DNA of 64,000 nt from Octopus vulgaris (Eukaryota). The notes under the pieces are model-generated. The model ran no database searches, was not told where the DNA came from, and saw only the letters and a program-made list of their open reading frames with translations. Both the position numbers and the translations under genes were made by a program. The stretch lies in assembly GCA_951406725.2 (NCBI GenBank), contig OX597814.1, positions 38,254,001-38,318,000 of the forward strand. The letters run 5' to 3'. The stretch's first letter is position 1; every line of letters begins with the position of its first letter. Positions 1 to 13,823 of this stretch are shown piece by piece.

Positions 1-432
1 AATAATTACTTATAGTTTGGCACCCTTCAGTTTTGTATTCCCAAAACGACGAACGCCTCATATAGGTTAAACATATTTTATAAACTATATATATCTATCG
101 ATATTTTAGATGTAGTAAGTATACGTAGCAATAACTTGCTGTCTCGAAAATAATTTAGAAATATATGAGGATATTTGATGGGATGAACCGATTTCTATAT
201 TAATATTTCTTGTAAATATATAAATAATCTTAGTTTATTATACGACGTATGATGTGATTGCCTATTATGCTTGGAGACACAACAGAACATAACTTGTGCC
301 ATTAAGATATTAGCATCGATTAAAGTTTTAACTCGGTTCATACAATATTATACTTCAAACTAAACATAGGAAATCGATATTGCTTAAAGGAAATGTAATT
401 TAGTCATTGAGGGATATTACATTTTCATTATC

Positions 433-436
<4 letters not shown>

Positions 437-500
<64 letters not shown>
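437..500. repeat. (TA)n(TG)n compound microsatellite
   Basis: Directly visible. Similar arrays recur throughout, e.g. 1760-1870, 13655-13960, 19742-19900, 20560-20795, 38255-38305, 38885-38970, 40010-40160, 47800-47872, 49245-49360, 60990-61105, 61620-61700, 62060-62157. Confidence 0.97.
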
Positions 501-506
<6 letters not shown>

Positions 507-600
507 TCTCATTTACGGATATTATAAACATGCATACATATTCGCACAGACACACGCATCCTTACATACGCAGCCATGTATATCATAATTATATATACTA

Positions 601-730
601 AGGGCTGCTTTCATTTACCGTCCAATAAATCGAGTCACAAGTTTTGATGGGCCGGAGGCTTTAGTAGAAGTAATTTGCCCTAAATGCACTTGGTTCGAAG
701 GCAACCTTCCTGTCTTACACTCAGCACTGC
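601..730 (-). mobile_element. Degenerate tRNA-derived SINE fragment
   Basis: gggctgctttcatttaccgtccaataaatcgagtcacaag...ggaggctttagtagaagtaatttgccc resembles a remembered abundant octopus SINE; the minus strand carries a CORE-like gggcaaattacttctact motif. Heavily decayed. Confidence 0.55.
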
Positions 731-1829
731 AGCTCTATATCTTTTTTATGCAAAAAGTTCACGCACTTTCACACACAGTCACACACTCACATGTATGAGT
801 GTGTGTGCGTGTCTGTGAGTGTCTGTGCGGGTATGCCCTTGGATGGTTATAAAGCAGTCAGGCTCAAGTTTATACGAAAGAGCGTTGTGTCATTTATCAT
901 AAACACTACTCCGACTTATTTTAATCGATTCAAATGTAATAAGTAGATAGAAGAAGATGGGGTGGGATTAGTTGTCGGCGGAAGCGGTCCTCTTTCTATC
1001 CAAATTCCTCATCTAGGATATATTCTGGATCCGTTATAAGCTGTCAGAAAGTTTATTCGTGCATGCCCGAGAATATACAGCCAATTAAATTATGAAAGAT
1101 AAAACATGTAACGTTTTGCAAACAATAATAATAAATGAGTAACAAGTACAAAAGTGATCACAATACCTGCGTCCTATGACAAAGAATTAGAAAAATTAAA
1201 GACGATGACAATTTGTTGATTGGACATGAAATTGTAAAAACGCAATCAGGAATATAACCCTTTTCCATTATCTGTTAACTGAATAAAAGTGCCTGGTAGC
1301 ATTTGCCGTGACCATCAAATTTATAACCAATGCTACCATACAATGCAGTTGGGAAGATAGGATAAGGGGCAATATTTTGCGAATATTTATGAAACATGCG
1401 TAACTATTCATAAAGACAGTGTGTGTAAATCTTCCTACTGAATTGAAAAATAGGACAAAAATCAGGGAAAAAATGACGATAGTGAACATACATAGCGGTA
1501 TTTTCCAAAAGATTGTAGATTGTTGGATGTCAATTCGTGATAAAAACAAATAATGTAGGAATAGTGATTACACTAACGAAGCCAAATTCGAAAAGAAAGC
1601 ATGCGTAAGATGTAGCAATGAAATTACGGAAAGGTAAACAGGCAGTGCACGAAAGTGTGGAGTCAGAGAAAAATTCTTGGAAAGGAGATTTTGTACATAG
1701 ATACGCATTCACATACACACACATATGTATGAATACAGCCATGGAGACATATGTGTATTTATATATATATATATATATATAATAACTGTATTTAAAAACA
1801 CACACGTATATCTTAATCTATCTATGTAT

Positions 1830-1875
<46 letters not shown>

Positions 1876-4800
1876 CTATATATTTGTGTGAGAGTGCGAA
1901 AATGTACGTGTTTCGATGCACGTTTTGATCTGTAAATTGTGACGCAAATTGTAACATCGTATCATCGTGGAAAACAACTTCTAATATTTTAGGAGCACAC
2001 AAGCTACTTTAATACTCTGTGGCTTTTTTCTTTTTGTTTCAAGATCCTTATCTGTTATAGAAAAAAAGCCTCGTTTCATATTTTCGATATGGTCTGAAAT
2101 GCAATATATCTTGGAGTTCAAAAACTTCCGACCTTAACGTGTTTTAGCTGAGTAGGTAGTAAAATTTACATGTTTGTATCTATAACTTTACATGGTAGTA
2201 AATTCTTTGAATGTATTAACTTAGGAAATGTGAGAATATTGGTAGTATGGCAAGGCTTACATGCTGCCGCTCAGAATTTCTTTCGACCGGCAAGAGGAGT
2301 TCTAAGAATTGCAATCTGTATAATTTGCGAGCCATAAATTAAAATATACATTATAAGTATATAAGTGGGTTGAAAAAACGACATGCCTTTTTCTATTGAA
2401 TATTTGTAAGGACTACCTTTTCAGCCTGTTCTAAGATCCACATAATCAGATAGGGCAACCCCAGAAAGCCATTGGAAAACAAGATATGTAATGATGCAGC
2501 ATTTTATACACTCATTAATTAGATGGAAGCGATGTGCAAATGATCATATTCTGAAACGTTATTTGATAGCTCACGATAACCCTATTTAGCCCATCACATC
2601 ACGCTCTGAATCAGTTTCTCTCCCTTTTAAGTATATTACTTGTCACTTCCACATGAGTCTTTCGATCTTGGAAGCCTTTTACCTTCCATCTTTCAAGATG
2701 ATCTCACTTGTACCGGGGCCGCCAGATTAAAATATGTAAACTGATTGACGAATCCACAAGAAACGATTTAGTATTCAGAAAATTTTTAACGCCTAATTTA
2801 CATCAACTGTGCTACTTCCATGAAAAATTCATCCACAATACTCAGTTAACTGATTAATTCAGAGCAGAAAGTAAAACATAATGAAATGTAAATGCAAGAT
2901 GTGTTCTTCCCACTAGTAGCAAATGAGGAAAGTTCAGCTTATGCTATGTGGCATTGGGTATAAAATTAATATTTCAGAATATCTTGCTGAGCTATATACA
3001 TATTTGTGTATGCCTGTGTGTATTGCTGATTGTTTGCATTTGTCTCGAGGCAGTGAGATAAACAACGAGAATGATTCAAAACAAACAATCTATATATAAA
3101 ATAAAATTGTGCTAAATGATTTTTGCAAATAGATTAGCAATTTATGTATGTAGGTAAGAAAAAGTATTTAGACATTTCCAGTCGCATTTTTTCATCGGTA
3201 GCAGAGAAGCAATATAGAAAAGTGGAACGCAGGTGAAAGATCTTCTATTTAATCAGACTATAGCACTAAAATTAGTATAAGCCCTACTTCAAACGATGCG
3301 TCGGACCGCACCTATGCTAATGTGATCCGATGATATCAGCACATTTTTTGATAGCGTATCAGGAGTATGATAGCATTCATGGACGTGTAGCAACGTTAAG
3401 TAGCAACGTTGTTTGTAGTTTTATTGGTAGAAGTACTAATGGCAGAAGTGATGCTAGCTATGTCAGTGACGGAAGTTATTGCATATTTTTCTTCGCAGTG
3501 TTGCTGGTTGGAGTGGTGTTGGCGGCGGTGTGGATTTCATATTTGTGATTTATTTGTAGCATTACAAATAATAATCGTTTTTATAGTCATGGCAGCGTTA
3601 CAGTCGTTGATTGTAACACGTAGCAAAAGTGGTCATGAAAGTCGATGTAATTATAGTAGTGGTTTTGTCATTTAGAGTTGTCTTGTTTCTAAATATTGGG
3701 GTTGTGAATCAGAATGTCGTTGGCTGTAATAATGGTGCTAATGATCTTGTTTGGAATATTGATGGTAATAATACTAGTAACACTATTTGTGTTGGTTTTG
3801 TTATAATGATAGTTTGTCGTAATACTGGCGTCAATAGTTGTTGCGCCAACATAAGGTGACAATGATGACGTTAATTTTTATGACGTAAAATATATGTAAA
3901 ATTTACAAAATCTCAGCAGTATAGTCATTTAACTAATTTAAAAAATACTTCTGCTTTGCGGCACATATGAATTCCGTATGAAATATATTTATTTAAATGT
4001 TAGCATGTTTGAGTACATCGTAATAACAACACAAAAAAAACTCTCTATTTTCACTAGGTTCTGAATCACATATATAGCTTGTAATCATTGTGGAGAATTG
4101 TACATGGGTGATTAGCCTTGCAGTTGAGACCCAGATTGTGTTGAAAATTGGCGAACACTCCAAGCAACTTTTAAACTGCTCTAGAACACATTATTCACTA
4201 TTCTAATTCCACTGCTCAATTCCACAGCTACGCCTATGATATTCTATACTTTGAATGTAATGTGACTTACACTCTACAAATAAGCCGTCCAGCATTTGAC
4301 CTACAATTATATCCGCTTATGATGAACATGTTTAATTCCGTTTACCCTATTCAAAAATCTTTGATACTGATTCAAAATTAATTCTCATCCAGGCTTCTTA
4401 TATTTCTATGATGTGTATTTTTTCCGAATCTTTGGAAGATAGGTGATTACAAGATTATGTATTCATTAATTCTTCTTTCTATGTTGTATGCTGCTATGGG
4501 AAGCATAGAGCGCATGTTTCTGCATGCATTTTGTGACATGTATGTACTGCTAAGTGTTGTATTGCAGCTGTTCCTTACCTGTTAATCCCAGTTTCTTCAC
4601 TTTCCCACATCATTTCATCCATTACTTTAGATTTCTCTCCGTTACAGTTGTCATTATTCAATAACATTCTTTACAATTCCGACCATATTTAGTCATCTCA
4701 GTCCTTTGCAAACACTCTCGACTGTCCCTGTTTACTCCACCGCATCGCCTTCTTGAGTATTTAGGTGACGGTTTTCTCGTGTATTTGGCGATGGATTTAA

Positions 4801-5326
4801 TTTTGTTCAGTTGTTTCCCTCGCAGTGTTTGTGTTACTATCAATGATGATACTTCATCGGAACTATCAGCTTCTCGCTTTAAAATCCTCTGTACTCATTC
4901 TAGTCGCAAATATTACTCACTCTCTTCCCAATCACACGAGTCACATTTCGGATTGTTTATTTCATTTTCTTCTGCTTCCCCATAACAAAGCCGAAAATAT
5001 ATTCCTTTTCTTATTATTAGTTAAAAAAAAAAAATTTTAGTCGTTCGTAATCTTCCAATCAAGTACAAAAGACGTGTGTATATTATCTGTCTTGGGAAAA
5101 GTATATGTTCAGAAGGTTAAATTAGCTCAAATCTCGTAAAAGAAACCACCTCTGCTTTAACATAAATTTAGATGAGGTAGGTCACTATTAGTTTCCTCGG
5201 ATAGTTGACTTCGAAGAATTTCAGTTATAAATATATGTGTCTGTGTTTAAGTTATACATAAAATACAAAGATATATCACACATTGAAGTATATACATCCA
5301 CAAAATGCCAATCATTGGTTACATAC

Positions 5327-5423
5327 CGAGTGAAATAAAGGAGAGAATGTAAAATTGGAACGGAATCAGCATCGTAATGGAATTTCTTTTTATGCTGCCC
5401 GAGATATGTCTTCATTTATGTCA
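5327..5423 (-). CDS. Candidate exon containing a start codon and signal-peptide-like MLIPFQFYILSFISL (ATG at 5372, phase-1 donor)
   Basis: Minus-strand acceptor ccgtttacag| and donor tcg|gtatgt. The 15 hydrophobic codons ending in phase 1 are typical of signal-peptide exons. No homology support. Confidence 0.25.
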
Positions 5424-5904
5424 CTGTAAACGGTTATATAAATTATGTTAATTACAACTACTTCTAGAGAACTGTACAGGTAGCCGTATGGTTATGGAAT
5501 GAACTTGCTAACGACGCCATGCTCCCATGATAACAGAAATATAATTACGTAATTAGATGCTTGGCTTTCTCATGAAAAGCACATAATTTAGGAACTGTTC
5601 GATACGTTTGAAGCAGATATCTCATACCAGAACAAAGCTGTGGAAAATATAGTAAGTTAACAGCAAATTTAGTTTCTGTTGCATATTGAGTAGAAGTAGT
5701 GTGTGTTTTCGTAACTATACCATCATGCTATACAAAAGGAATTCTGGAAAGAAGCTCCGATAAATTACATATGCATAGTACGACAGTCACAATACAATTT
5801 TAAAGAAAAGCATATTAGATTACTTTTATAGTCGGACTAGAATGGAGTCGTTCTGGATAAAAATAGTAAACAGGATATCGAATAATACGTAGTTTTTATT
5901 TTAC

Positions 5905-6025
5905 CTCATATATTTTTTCATTAGTTTACTCATGAGAAATCCTCTCCGCAAGTCCATTTCAGGTCATTTAAAATGAGCAGTTTCAGCACAATTAATATTC
6001 TACTCCAGGTGTTGCCTGGTGACAG
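5905..6025 (-). other. Candidate 5'UTR exon (121 nt)
   Basis: Strong minus-strand acceptor ttattttattttatttttccctttag| and donor gag|gtaaaa. Signal-based only. Confidence 0.2.
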
Positions 6026-7059
6026 CTAAAGGGAAAAATAAAATAAAATAACCATGTGTGTTAAGTGAATAGTAGGTCTCGTCTTCTGAAAAAAAAAGAG
6101 GTGGGATTATGTAATTAGTGTGCAGCATAGACAGAATGGATAAGCGAGGTATGAGTGGGAAATGCAAATTGTTCATGGCAATACAAGGCATTTGGATCGT
6201 CATTCTTCCCTCTAATGATAGAGAGGGAAAAAAACGAACTATTATCAAGTTTAGGCTGAAATTGTTGTGTTGCTACATGCCAATCGTTGGGTTGTTGGTG
6301 ATATCTTAGGATTGCTATTTAAGATACATTTGTGCGTGTGCGTGCGTGTATGTATGCGTGTGCACGTGAAAAAAGAATGAATGAAATAAAAAAAGAGAGG
6401 AAGTAAAAAAAGGGTTTGATTATGAAGAAGTCGTCATTGATATTGACTGCGTCAGCGAATACATTTCAGGTGTTTATTCATAGAAAGAGCGCATGTTTTT
6501 TGTGAGGTGTTTTGGTTCCATGTGGATGACCATTAGGAGCAGAAGATTATCGAGTAGTGAACCATAAGTATACAATTGCTGCTAGTTACAAACGATAGCA
6601 AGATCTACATTCATATGCAGAAAGAAAAGCCGTATTCATAAGGAATCGTGTGTCACACCTGATTCGATAGTAAGGTCGCCGTGTGCTCCATGAAAATAAG
6701 GGACTATTGTGTTATTTGGAAGGAAGCTATTTTTCTAATAGGCGAGAGAGAGAGAACTCATGGATGGGCACATTTGTTAAAACACAGTCATGCCAAATAT
6801 GTTCGGCAATTTTACACATAACGGTAATAGCGTATCAAATAATTACTCCTCTTATTTCGAATCAATCAACTTTTATACAAATCCTCCAGCAAATGTTTTA
6901 AACTTGATGTTGTAAAAATGATATAAGAAAATGCATGCTAAATAAAGGGTAATATCCATTTGTGATTAACAGCATTATGTCAGTTGTTTTTCAGTTTTAG
7001 GAAGAAGGAAAATACATAAACGAATATTAACCGATTTTTAGAAGATATTCTGACGTGAT

Positions 7060-7123
7060 AGCAAATAATGATAATAATAATAATAAAACTGATGCAAATA
7101 ATGATGATAATAATAATAATAGT

Positions 7124-7182
<59 letters not shown>

Positions 7183-7272
7183 CAGCAGCAGCAGCAGCAT
7201 CATCATCAGCAGCAGCAGCAACAACAACAACAACAAAAACATCAACATCAACATCAACATCAACAACAACGA
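7060..7272. repeat. Compound trinucleotide/hexanucleotide microsatellite (AAT, AGC, AGT, ATC, AAC, AACATC)
   Basis: Directly visible; explains the four homopolymeric ORFs here. Confidence 0.97.
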
Positions 7273-8024
7273 ACATACTTGATTTTATTTGATTATCGAA
7301 AGTCTAGTTAATGTAATGCTCCCCCTGCTAGTACTTTCTGAATGCATAAAATTTCGTTAAGGAAACTATGTTCTCTTTCGTTGCTGTTTAATTCCTCCAC
7401 TATACACAGTAAAGTCTCTTAATTGACAACGTAAATGCGTTTTAATAACCATTTATTTCAATTCAACTGAATTTTATTCATCTTTTGGCTTTATATACTC
7501 TTATATACTCATCATTTTCACTGAGTTAATGTACTGATTAGCATTCTACAAATGAAACGGTATTAACACTTTTGACACGGTTCTCTATTAAATGGAAGAA
7601 CTGTAAAGAATTATAAAATATTTGCCTTTAATAGAAAGACACATATCAATTTAAGACATGATGTATCACAATCTTAGTTTTATCCCATTTTACTTCCCCA
7701 TATATATATATTTCCTCCATCTTCTTTAATATATAATTAATGGCTTTCCGTGGAGTAGAGTAGCTTTCCTATAAATGCAATCTAGTGAAATGAAAATTAA
7801 TGATAAACCACAAACAAAATTTTGAAGCAGTAATAAAAGTATTAACTAGAAAGTGAATCATCAGGTAATAATAAATCTGTCGAAGAAGTTATAAAAGTAA
7901 ACATGCTTGTCCCAAAGTTTTATGCATCATCGCTTTCCTTCTTTATTTCGAATCACAGAAAGCAACGTTTAAAGCAATGTGTAAGTTACGAACTAGTATA
8001 TCTTTGTTGTCCAATGATTTAAGT

Positions 8025-8600
8025 ATTTACTTGTACTTGTGGCGACATTCACCCTGGGCGGGTTGAGTCGGCTTCTTCTACCACCCTCGAGGCATCTCGA
8101 ACCATGGCAGCCCACGCTCGACGGTCCTTCGCTAGTTCACTGGAGATAGCTAGCCAGTCACGGTTCCATCGGCGCAGGCCGACCACCTGCGGTCCCGTGA
8201 GTACAGTGAGGTCCTCCTTGATTGTCGTAACCCAGGTCTTCAGCTGCCCACTCGCGCGTTTCCGCCAGTTGGGAAGTGGAGTTGGGCGAAGGACATCACG
8301 GCTCAGTTCACGCACCGGGCGCCTACATGCATGGCCAAACCACCGCAAGCGCCGTTGCAGAAGGACAGATGGAAGGGGCCGCAGAAACAGGCGAAGTCGG
8401 TGATTGGCGAAGGGAACTCGATCCACCCGACGGCAGCGAAGAATGCACCGGACGCAGTCATTGTTGAAGACTTCTAGCTTTCGTTGATCGACCACCCGCA
8501 AAGGCCACGTTTCACAGCCATAGAGAAGTACTGTACGAACGACGGCCTGATATATTCGCCCTTTGGTAACCGATGAGATCTCCCTTCGGTCCCAAACTTC
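8025..8600 (-). mobile_element. 5'-truncated RTE-clade LINE, C-terminal part of the RT ORF
   Basis: Uninterrupted frame 8600-8049: WDRREISSVTKGRIYQAVVRTVLLYGCETWPLR...RRLRWFGHACRR...GQLKTWVTTIKEDL...AKDRRAW, which are RTE motifs. Short 3' tail (CAAGTA)2. 12-bp TSD aatgatttaagt at 8013-8024 and 8646-8657. Much more GC-rich than the flanks. Confidence 0.93.
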
Positions 8601-11486
8601 ACGTACTGATTAGCATTCTACATATGTAAACGCTATTAAAATTTTAATGATTTAAGTGACACTATAAGGCAAACATGTTCGTGATGTTTCCTCTAAATAG
8701 AGCTTATGCAACCCAGTCATAGGTTAGTACAAGAACTAATACCTAACAATATTTTGCTGAAATATACTCTATGAGGTGTTATAATCTCAGGTGCTTTGGA
8801 CAATATATATCTAAATCTATAATGTATGCAGTAAATACTGCAATCGTATTCAATAATTAATGAGAACCAGGGAAAACATGAAATCATTTCCTCTACTCTG
8901 ACGAACAGTGCTAGAGCAATTTAGCAACTGAAAGTTTATGAAACAAAGTTTGTAGTATCTTATGTGAGCCTTGGTACTTTTCACTCTTTCATTAGTCAAC
9001 TAGTTAGGCATTTAACTAATGAACTTATTGCTTGTTTGATTAATCAAGTAGGTTCATCAATGTCATAATGTTGCAATTACGGATCTCACCAATGACATCT
9101 TATTGCTTTTCTATGTCTTTCTATCTCAGTCGCCTATTGGTCCTACCAAATCTAAGAAAATCTGTTTCAATTCTCAAATTTGCCAAAAAAAATGCGAAAC
9201 CGAAATATTCTTCAACACAACAGACAATACGATATTTTCCTTTCTTGTTTTTGTACTTAATTACATAAATGGATTCAACAGGTTAGACTGTAAAACATTT
9301 AAGTCTATAAACAACTTCTAAATACCACATTACTGTATTTAAATGAATCGACATTAAAGTATATGATACATACTTGCATCGGAAGCAATTTACATAACAA
9401 ACACTTAATATATGTTTGGTTAATTAAAAGTGAAATAACTAATTTGCATCTATAGAATGGTATAAGATTTAATCGAAAGAATGTAAATAGTCAACTTATA
9501 AACTGCATAGTAGACTTGTAAATGTTCGCATTATTTGGTGAAAAAGAAAAAAATATTACAAATAAAATAGTGAACAGACAGTATGAATTGTTGAGAACAA
9601 TGTAATTAATTAGCCACTGTAAATAATGAACGCATATTAGTTTATATTAAATAATTATGCTTCTTTTTACAATCTGTTTCGTGAAGTTGGTATTATAATT
9701 TCGCATATTGATTGCTAATAAATTTGATATTGGTAAGTCTTAATAAGGAAAATAAGTGAAACTGTGTCCCTGACGTCATTTTATCTTGCAAATGTGCATG
9801 AGCAATTGTTTATATGCCTTTACTCTTTAACCTTAACATATCTCCATGTTTATGCTCATTTTCAACCGACGTTCGTTTATTTTATTATAAAGTAGAATGT
9901 ATTTTTCAGTATGATAACGTTTAAATTTATGGCAAATTCTATTCACATATTTTTATTAATGCACTTATACATTTTCTTTGGTGTATTGTGAGCCATATGA
10001 ATTAAATACGCTCCTTTGTACAAATACACAGCCACAGACAAAAAGGATTATATTAATGCAATTACTTCTGAAATCCATATACAAAATGTAGCATCCAAGT
10101 ACAAAATGATTATCGCTATTGAACTATTTTTATATCTTACAATACGAATACATATAATGAATATAAAAATCAGTGACTGTTAAGTTCGATCTAAAAATAA
10201 CATATACTCCGATATCCAGTTACTCTAAATGAACGTTAGGAGTAGATGTTGTATAAATGTAATTCAAATTCTATTTCTTTTTTTTCTTTTTCATAAAAAT
10301 TGGTAGTAGTATATAGCGTGATGCAATTTCATTGTTTATAAATTCTTCAACTGAACTCCATGTTCTCCAAACATTAATAAGTTCTTCCATTTATCTAAGT
10401 TTATAACGAGCTCTAACGAGGCATTTGTGCTATTCAAATGGTTTGCTTGAAAATAGTGCTTAAGAAATATTTGTAAAATGCACACGATAAAGATACCCTA
10501 AAGAGAAATCAGAGTTGCACTGAATTTGAACTGATTTATCTCCTTAGTTTCGTCATTAGACAAATTTATAATGTGGAAAATAAGACATAGGAATATGAAT
10601 GAAGTTATTGTGTACAGAAGAAAATATGATAATCGTGTGCTATTGCCATTTTTGAAATGAAAGGAAAGGCAAACTATTTGAATTGTGATAAAAATCAAAA
10701 CAAATCAAAATAAAGTTATTGAAACAAATAACGGAATTAGTTCACTACATTTTCTAAACGAAAAACGGGGAATATTGAATGTATTGTTTAGAATTCAATT
10801 AATAATTTTGCATTACTTCCAAAGTGAAACTAATGGTTATCTCTATTTTTATATAATATCTAAAGTTACAAAGATTCTGTAATTATAGTAACATCCATTA
10901 ATATATTTGCATTTTGATTTCGCAAATCTTTCTAACAGATTTCACATGATGGCTCTACTACATAACGCATTACGACATGGCAGACATAAATTATGAATAC
11001 AAGAGTAAAAGACATAAAAGCAGTTCTACATTATTATACTGCAGGTGGATATTTTGTTTTTCTTTCGCAAATTTGTAATCTCACGTTTTACAATACTATG
11101 AAATTGATTTCAGAATCTTAGTGTTACTTATTATATCCACCATACATTAATGAAACATAAATTCGACCCTAAAAGGATTTTAACTCAGAATATACGATTG
11201 AAAATAATACAAACATTTGGCAGTTAACCCATCAATCTATAGTTTATTTCAAATTCTGAGTTACATGTTTTGAATTTTTTTTTAAAGAATCATCATGTTA
11301 TATACACACAGTAGGATTAATTTAATATCTCATTCAGTTAGAGAGTTTCAGATGTTGGAATTTCAGATTCGGTGTTTAAACTTCATTTCACTCTTGCTCT
11401 GTATTCCCGTTCAGTCTATTCATGTTGTTATTTTATATAACGATAATGAATTCTTGTTACAACTGTACACCATTTCTCCCAAATAA

Positions 11487-11573
11487 CTAAATATTGATAT
11501 GGATATTCCATGTAGATAAGAGATCTGCTTCATCGTCAATTGATTTCTCGGTTCCTTGGGCAAACTGTTTTAC
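11487..11573 (-). CDS. Candidate terminal coding exon VKQFAQGTEKSIDDEADLLSTWNIHINI*
   Basis: Acceptor tttttgtttgaactgacacacag|; phase 0 matches the candidate exon at 17936-18029. No homology support. Confidence 0.3.
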   Translation of the reverse strand, partial: VKQFAQGTEKSIDDEADLLSTWNIHINI

Positions 11574-12259
11574 CTGTGTGTCAGTTCAAACAAAAATGCT
11601 AAAATAACGAACCACACAGAAACAGTAAAGACATTTATTCTAAGGATATTTTCTTGTATACTCAGTCCGATGCGATAGTGAGCTTTTGAGGTTGTTCTTG
11701 ATGTTTTATTGCCAACAATACAGAGAATTCAAAAACAGAGAGAAATTGTACTTTGCAGGATGAGGTATTGATATAACCATGCAAAAAAACCGGCGTTAAA
11801 TATTTGTACTTTTTATACATAACTGTAGAGATTATTGTGAGATTGATTAGCTGATTGAGAGAGAGACAGAGATTTAAAATCATTTAAATAAAACATTTCC
11901 ATTGAAAATGCGGTGCTCGTTTAGATGGTCAAGAGATTATACTTTGGTACAGTTTCATTCGGATTGAAAGAGGGGCTCTAATGTTTTACACCGTATGGTA
12001 ACGCTTAATAAAATGGGATTAATAAAGGCCGTACAGAAGCATCGAGTCTCGTAACGAAACCTATCTTGTGTTACTTAAATTCAACAATGTGGGATAAAAT
12101 GATTTATTACGAAAAAGAAGAGATGATAGCTCTGTGATGCCTTTGTATTGTAAACACAGTAGTTGCACTTCATAGAGCCTTGATGTGCTTTGACTAAATT
12201 ATGTGGTTATTGCTTACATATTGTCTATTACGTTTATCCTTAGATAGACATAATACTAC

Positions 12260-12428
12260 TGGTGGCAGACGAGGCCTTTAATTTTGGGAGAGGGAATTAA
12301 ATGATTACATCCACTGCCTTCTTTCACTGGTACTTATTTTATCGACTCAGAAAGAACGAAAGACGAAGGTGACTACAGCGGAATTCGAATATAGAACTTA
12401 AAGACAGAAAAAAGGCCGCTATGAATTT
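12260..12428 (-). mobile_element. Degenerate tRNA-derived SINE (Nin/Deu-type core)
   Basis: ctggtacttattttatcgactcagaaagaacgaaagacgaaggtgactacagcggaattcgaa aligns to the copies at 35679-35893 and 46199-46432. Confidence 0.8.
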
Positions 12429-13787
12429 TTATGAAAATATAAATATTAAAAAAAGAAATGTGCATTAACTGTTGACATGAAAGAAAAGATTATGTCGGAA
12501 TCTTTAAAAGAAATAAATTCATTGATGAATTTTATTTTAAGATGCTTGAACCATTGCTAATGTCAATAGCTACATTCTTTTCTTCCGTGTCAAATTATAA
12601 TAACCAATAATTTGGGCTTTCATGTGATGGCACAACTAGTTGAAGCGTACTTCGCTACTCACAAATTCTAGATAGGATAATGTCAATTTAGCATATGCTC
12701 TGAATGATAGCCCATTATATTATCTCCTATTGTTGAGTGTAAAGCTTCTCTATAATTAAATCGATTCTTTCATAAACTGACAAGGAACAGTTGTATAAAA
12801 TATTTTATATAGTGTGTTCATTTTTAGTTAGAAAAATGTTTTGTACATCAAAGTTAAACAGAAATTAAGGACACGTGCGAATTTATAATCATAACTGCTT
12901 GTAATATGTCAACACACTATTGTTCGAATTCTTATATATACATATATATACACATTCATACATACATAATACATAAATACACACACAGACGCATACATAT
13001 ATGTATGCATATATATAGTTAAAATAACAATGAGCTTTGCATTGGAATTTATAAACATTTAATGCACCACTACACGCGTTTCCATAAATCATGTCTCTTA
13101 AATACGATGCATTAAATGTTTATACATTTATACTGCATTGCTATTAATATAATATATTAAGGTATATTGTTATTATTACTATATTAAGTTATATTGCTAT
13201 AATTTACATGTTTAGTATTAACAGTTCTGTGATAGCCATTTTATATGATTTTTCTGTAGTTCATGTTCTTCTAGTGTTCTTTGTATTTTATTCTCAAGCA
13301 GCATTTAGGAAGAACTTTGATGTTGTCCATGCGTCAAATTAAATTGTAGTGCTGAGGTGTCGAAAGTATTCGAATTTCTGGTAAACAAGTGAAGATAGGA
13401 TGTCGCTATTTACGAATTCTTTATAGTTATGTATTTTGTGTGACCATCTTTTCATCATTTTACTGTCATCTTCTATCCTGATCCCAGTTTCCATGGGCTT
13501 ATTTTGCTGTTTTAGACAGACTTCAGTGAAGGTTTCAAATTTCTTTGTAAGCGAACGGTACATGCATTGTATGTTATGGTAGAAATTGTGTCATCTCTTT
13601 CGGATTTTGAAATTGTTTACGGTTAGTATTAACCATAACTGTTATAATATTGTTGTATGTATGTATATATGTGTGTGTGCGCGCGCGTGTGTGTATGTAT
13701 ATATAATATATATATTTATCTCTCTCTCTATATATATATATATGTGTGTGTATTCATATTTGTATATGTATATATACATATATATTT

Positions 13788-13823
<36 letters not shown>

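Noticed and set aside
3330-3870. Val-rich plus ORFs and Thr/Asn/Ile-rich mucin-like minus frame
   Set aside because: Frames shift and stop repeatedly; consistent with an old decayed trinucleotide repeat.
6980-7292. Poly-L/S/T/V/N ORFs
   Set aside because: Compound trinucleotide microsatellite open in several frames on both strands.
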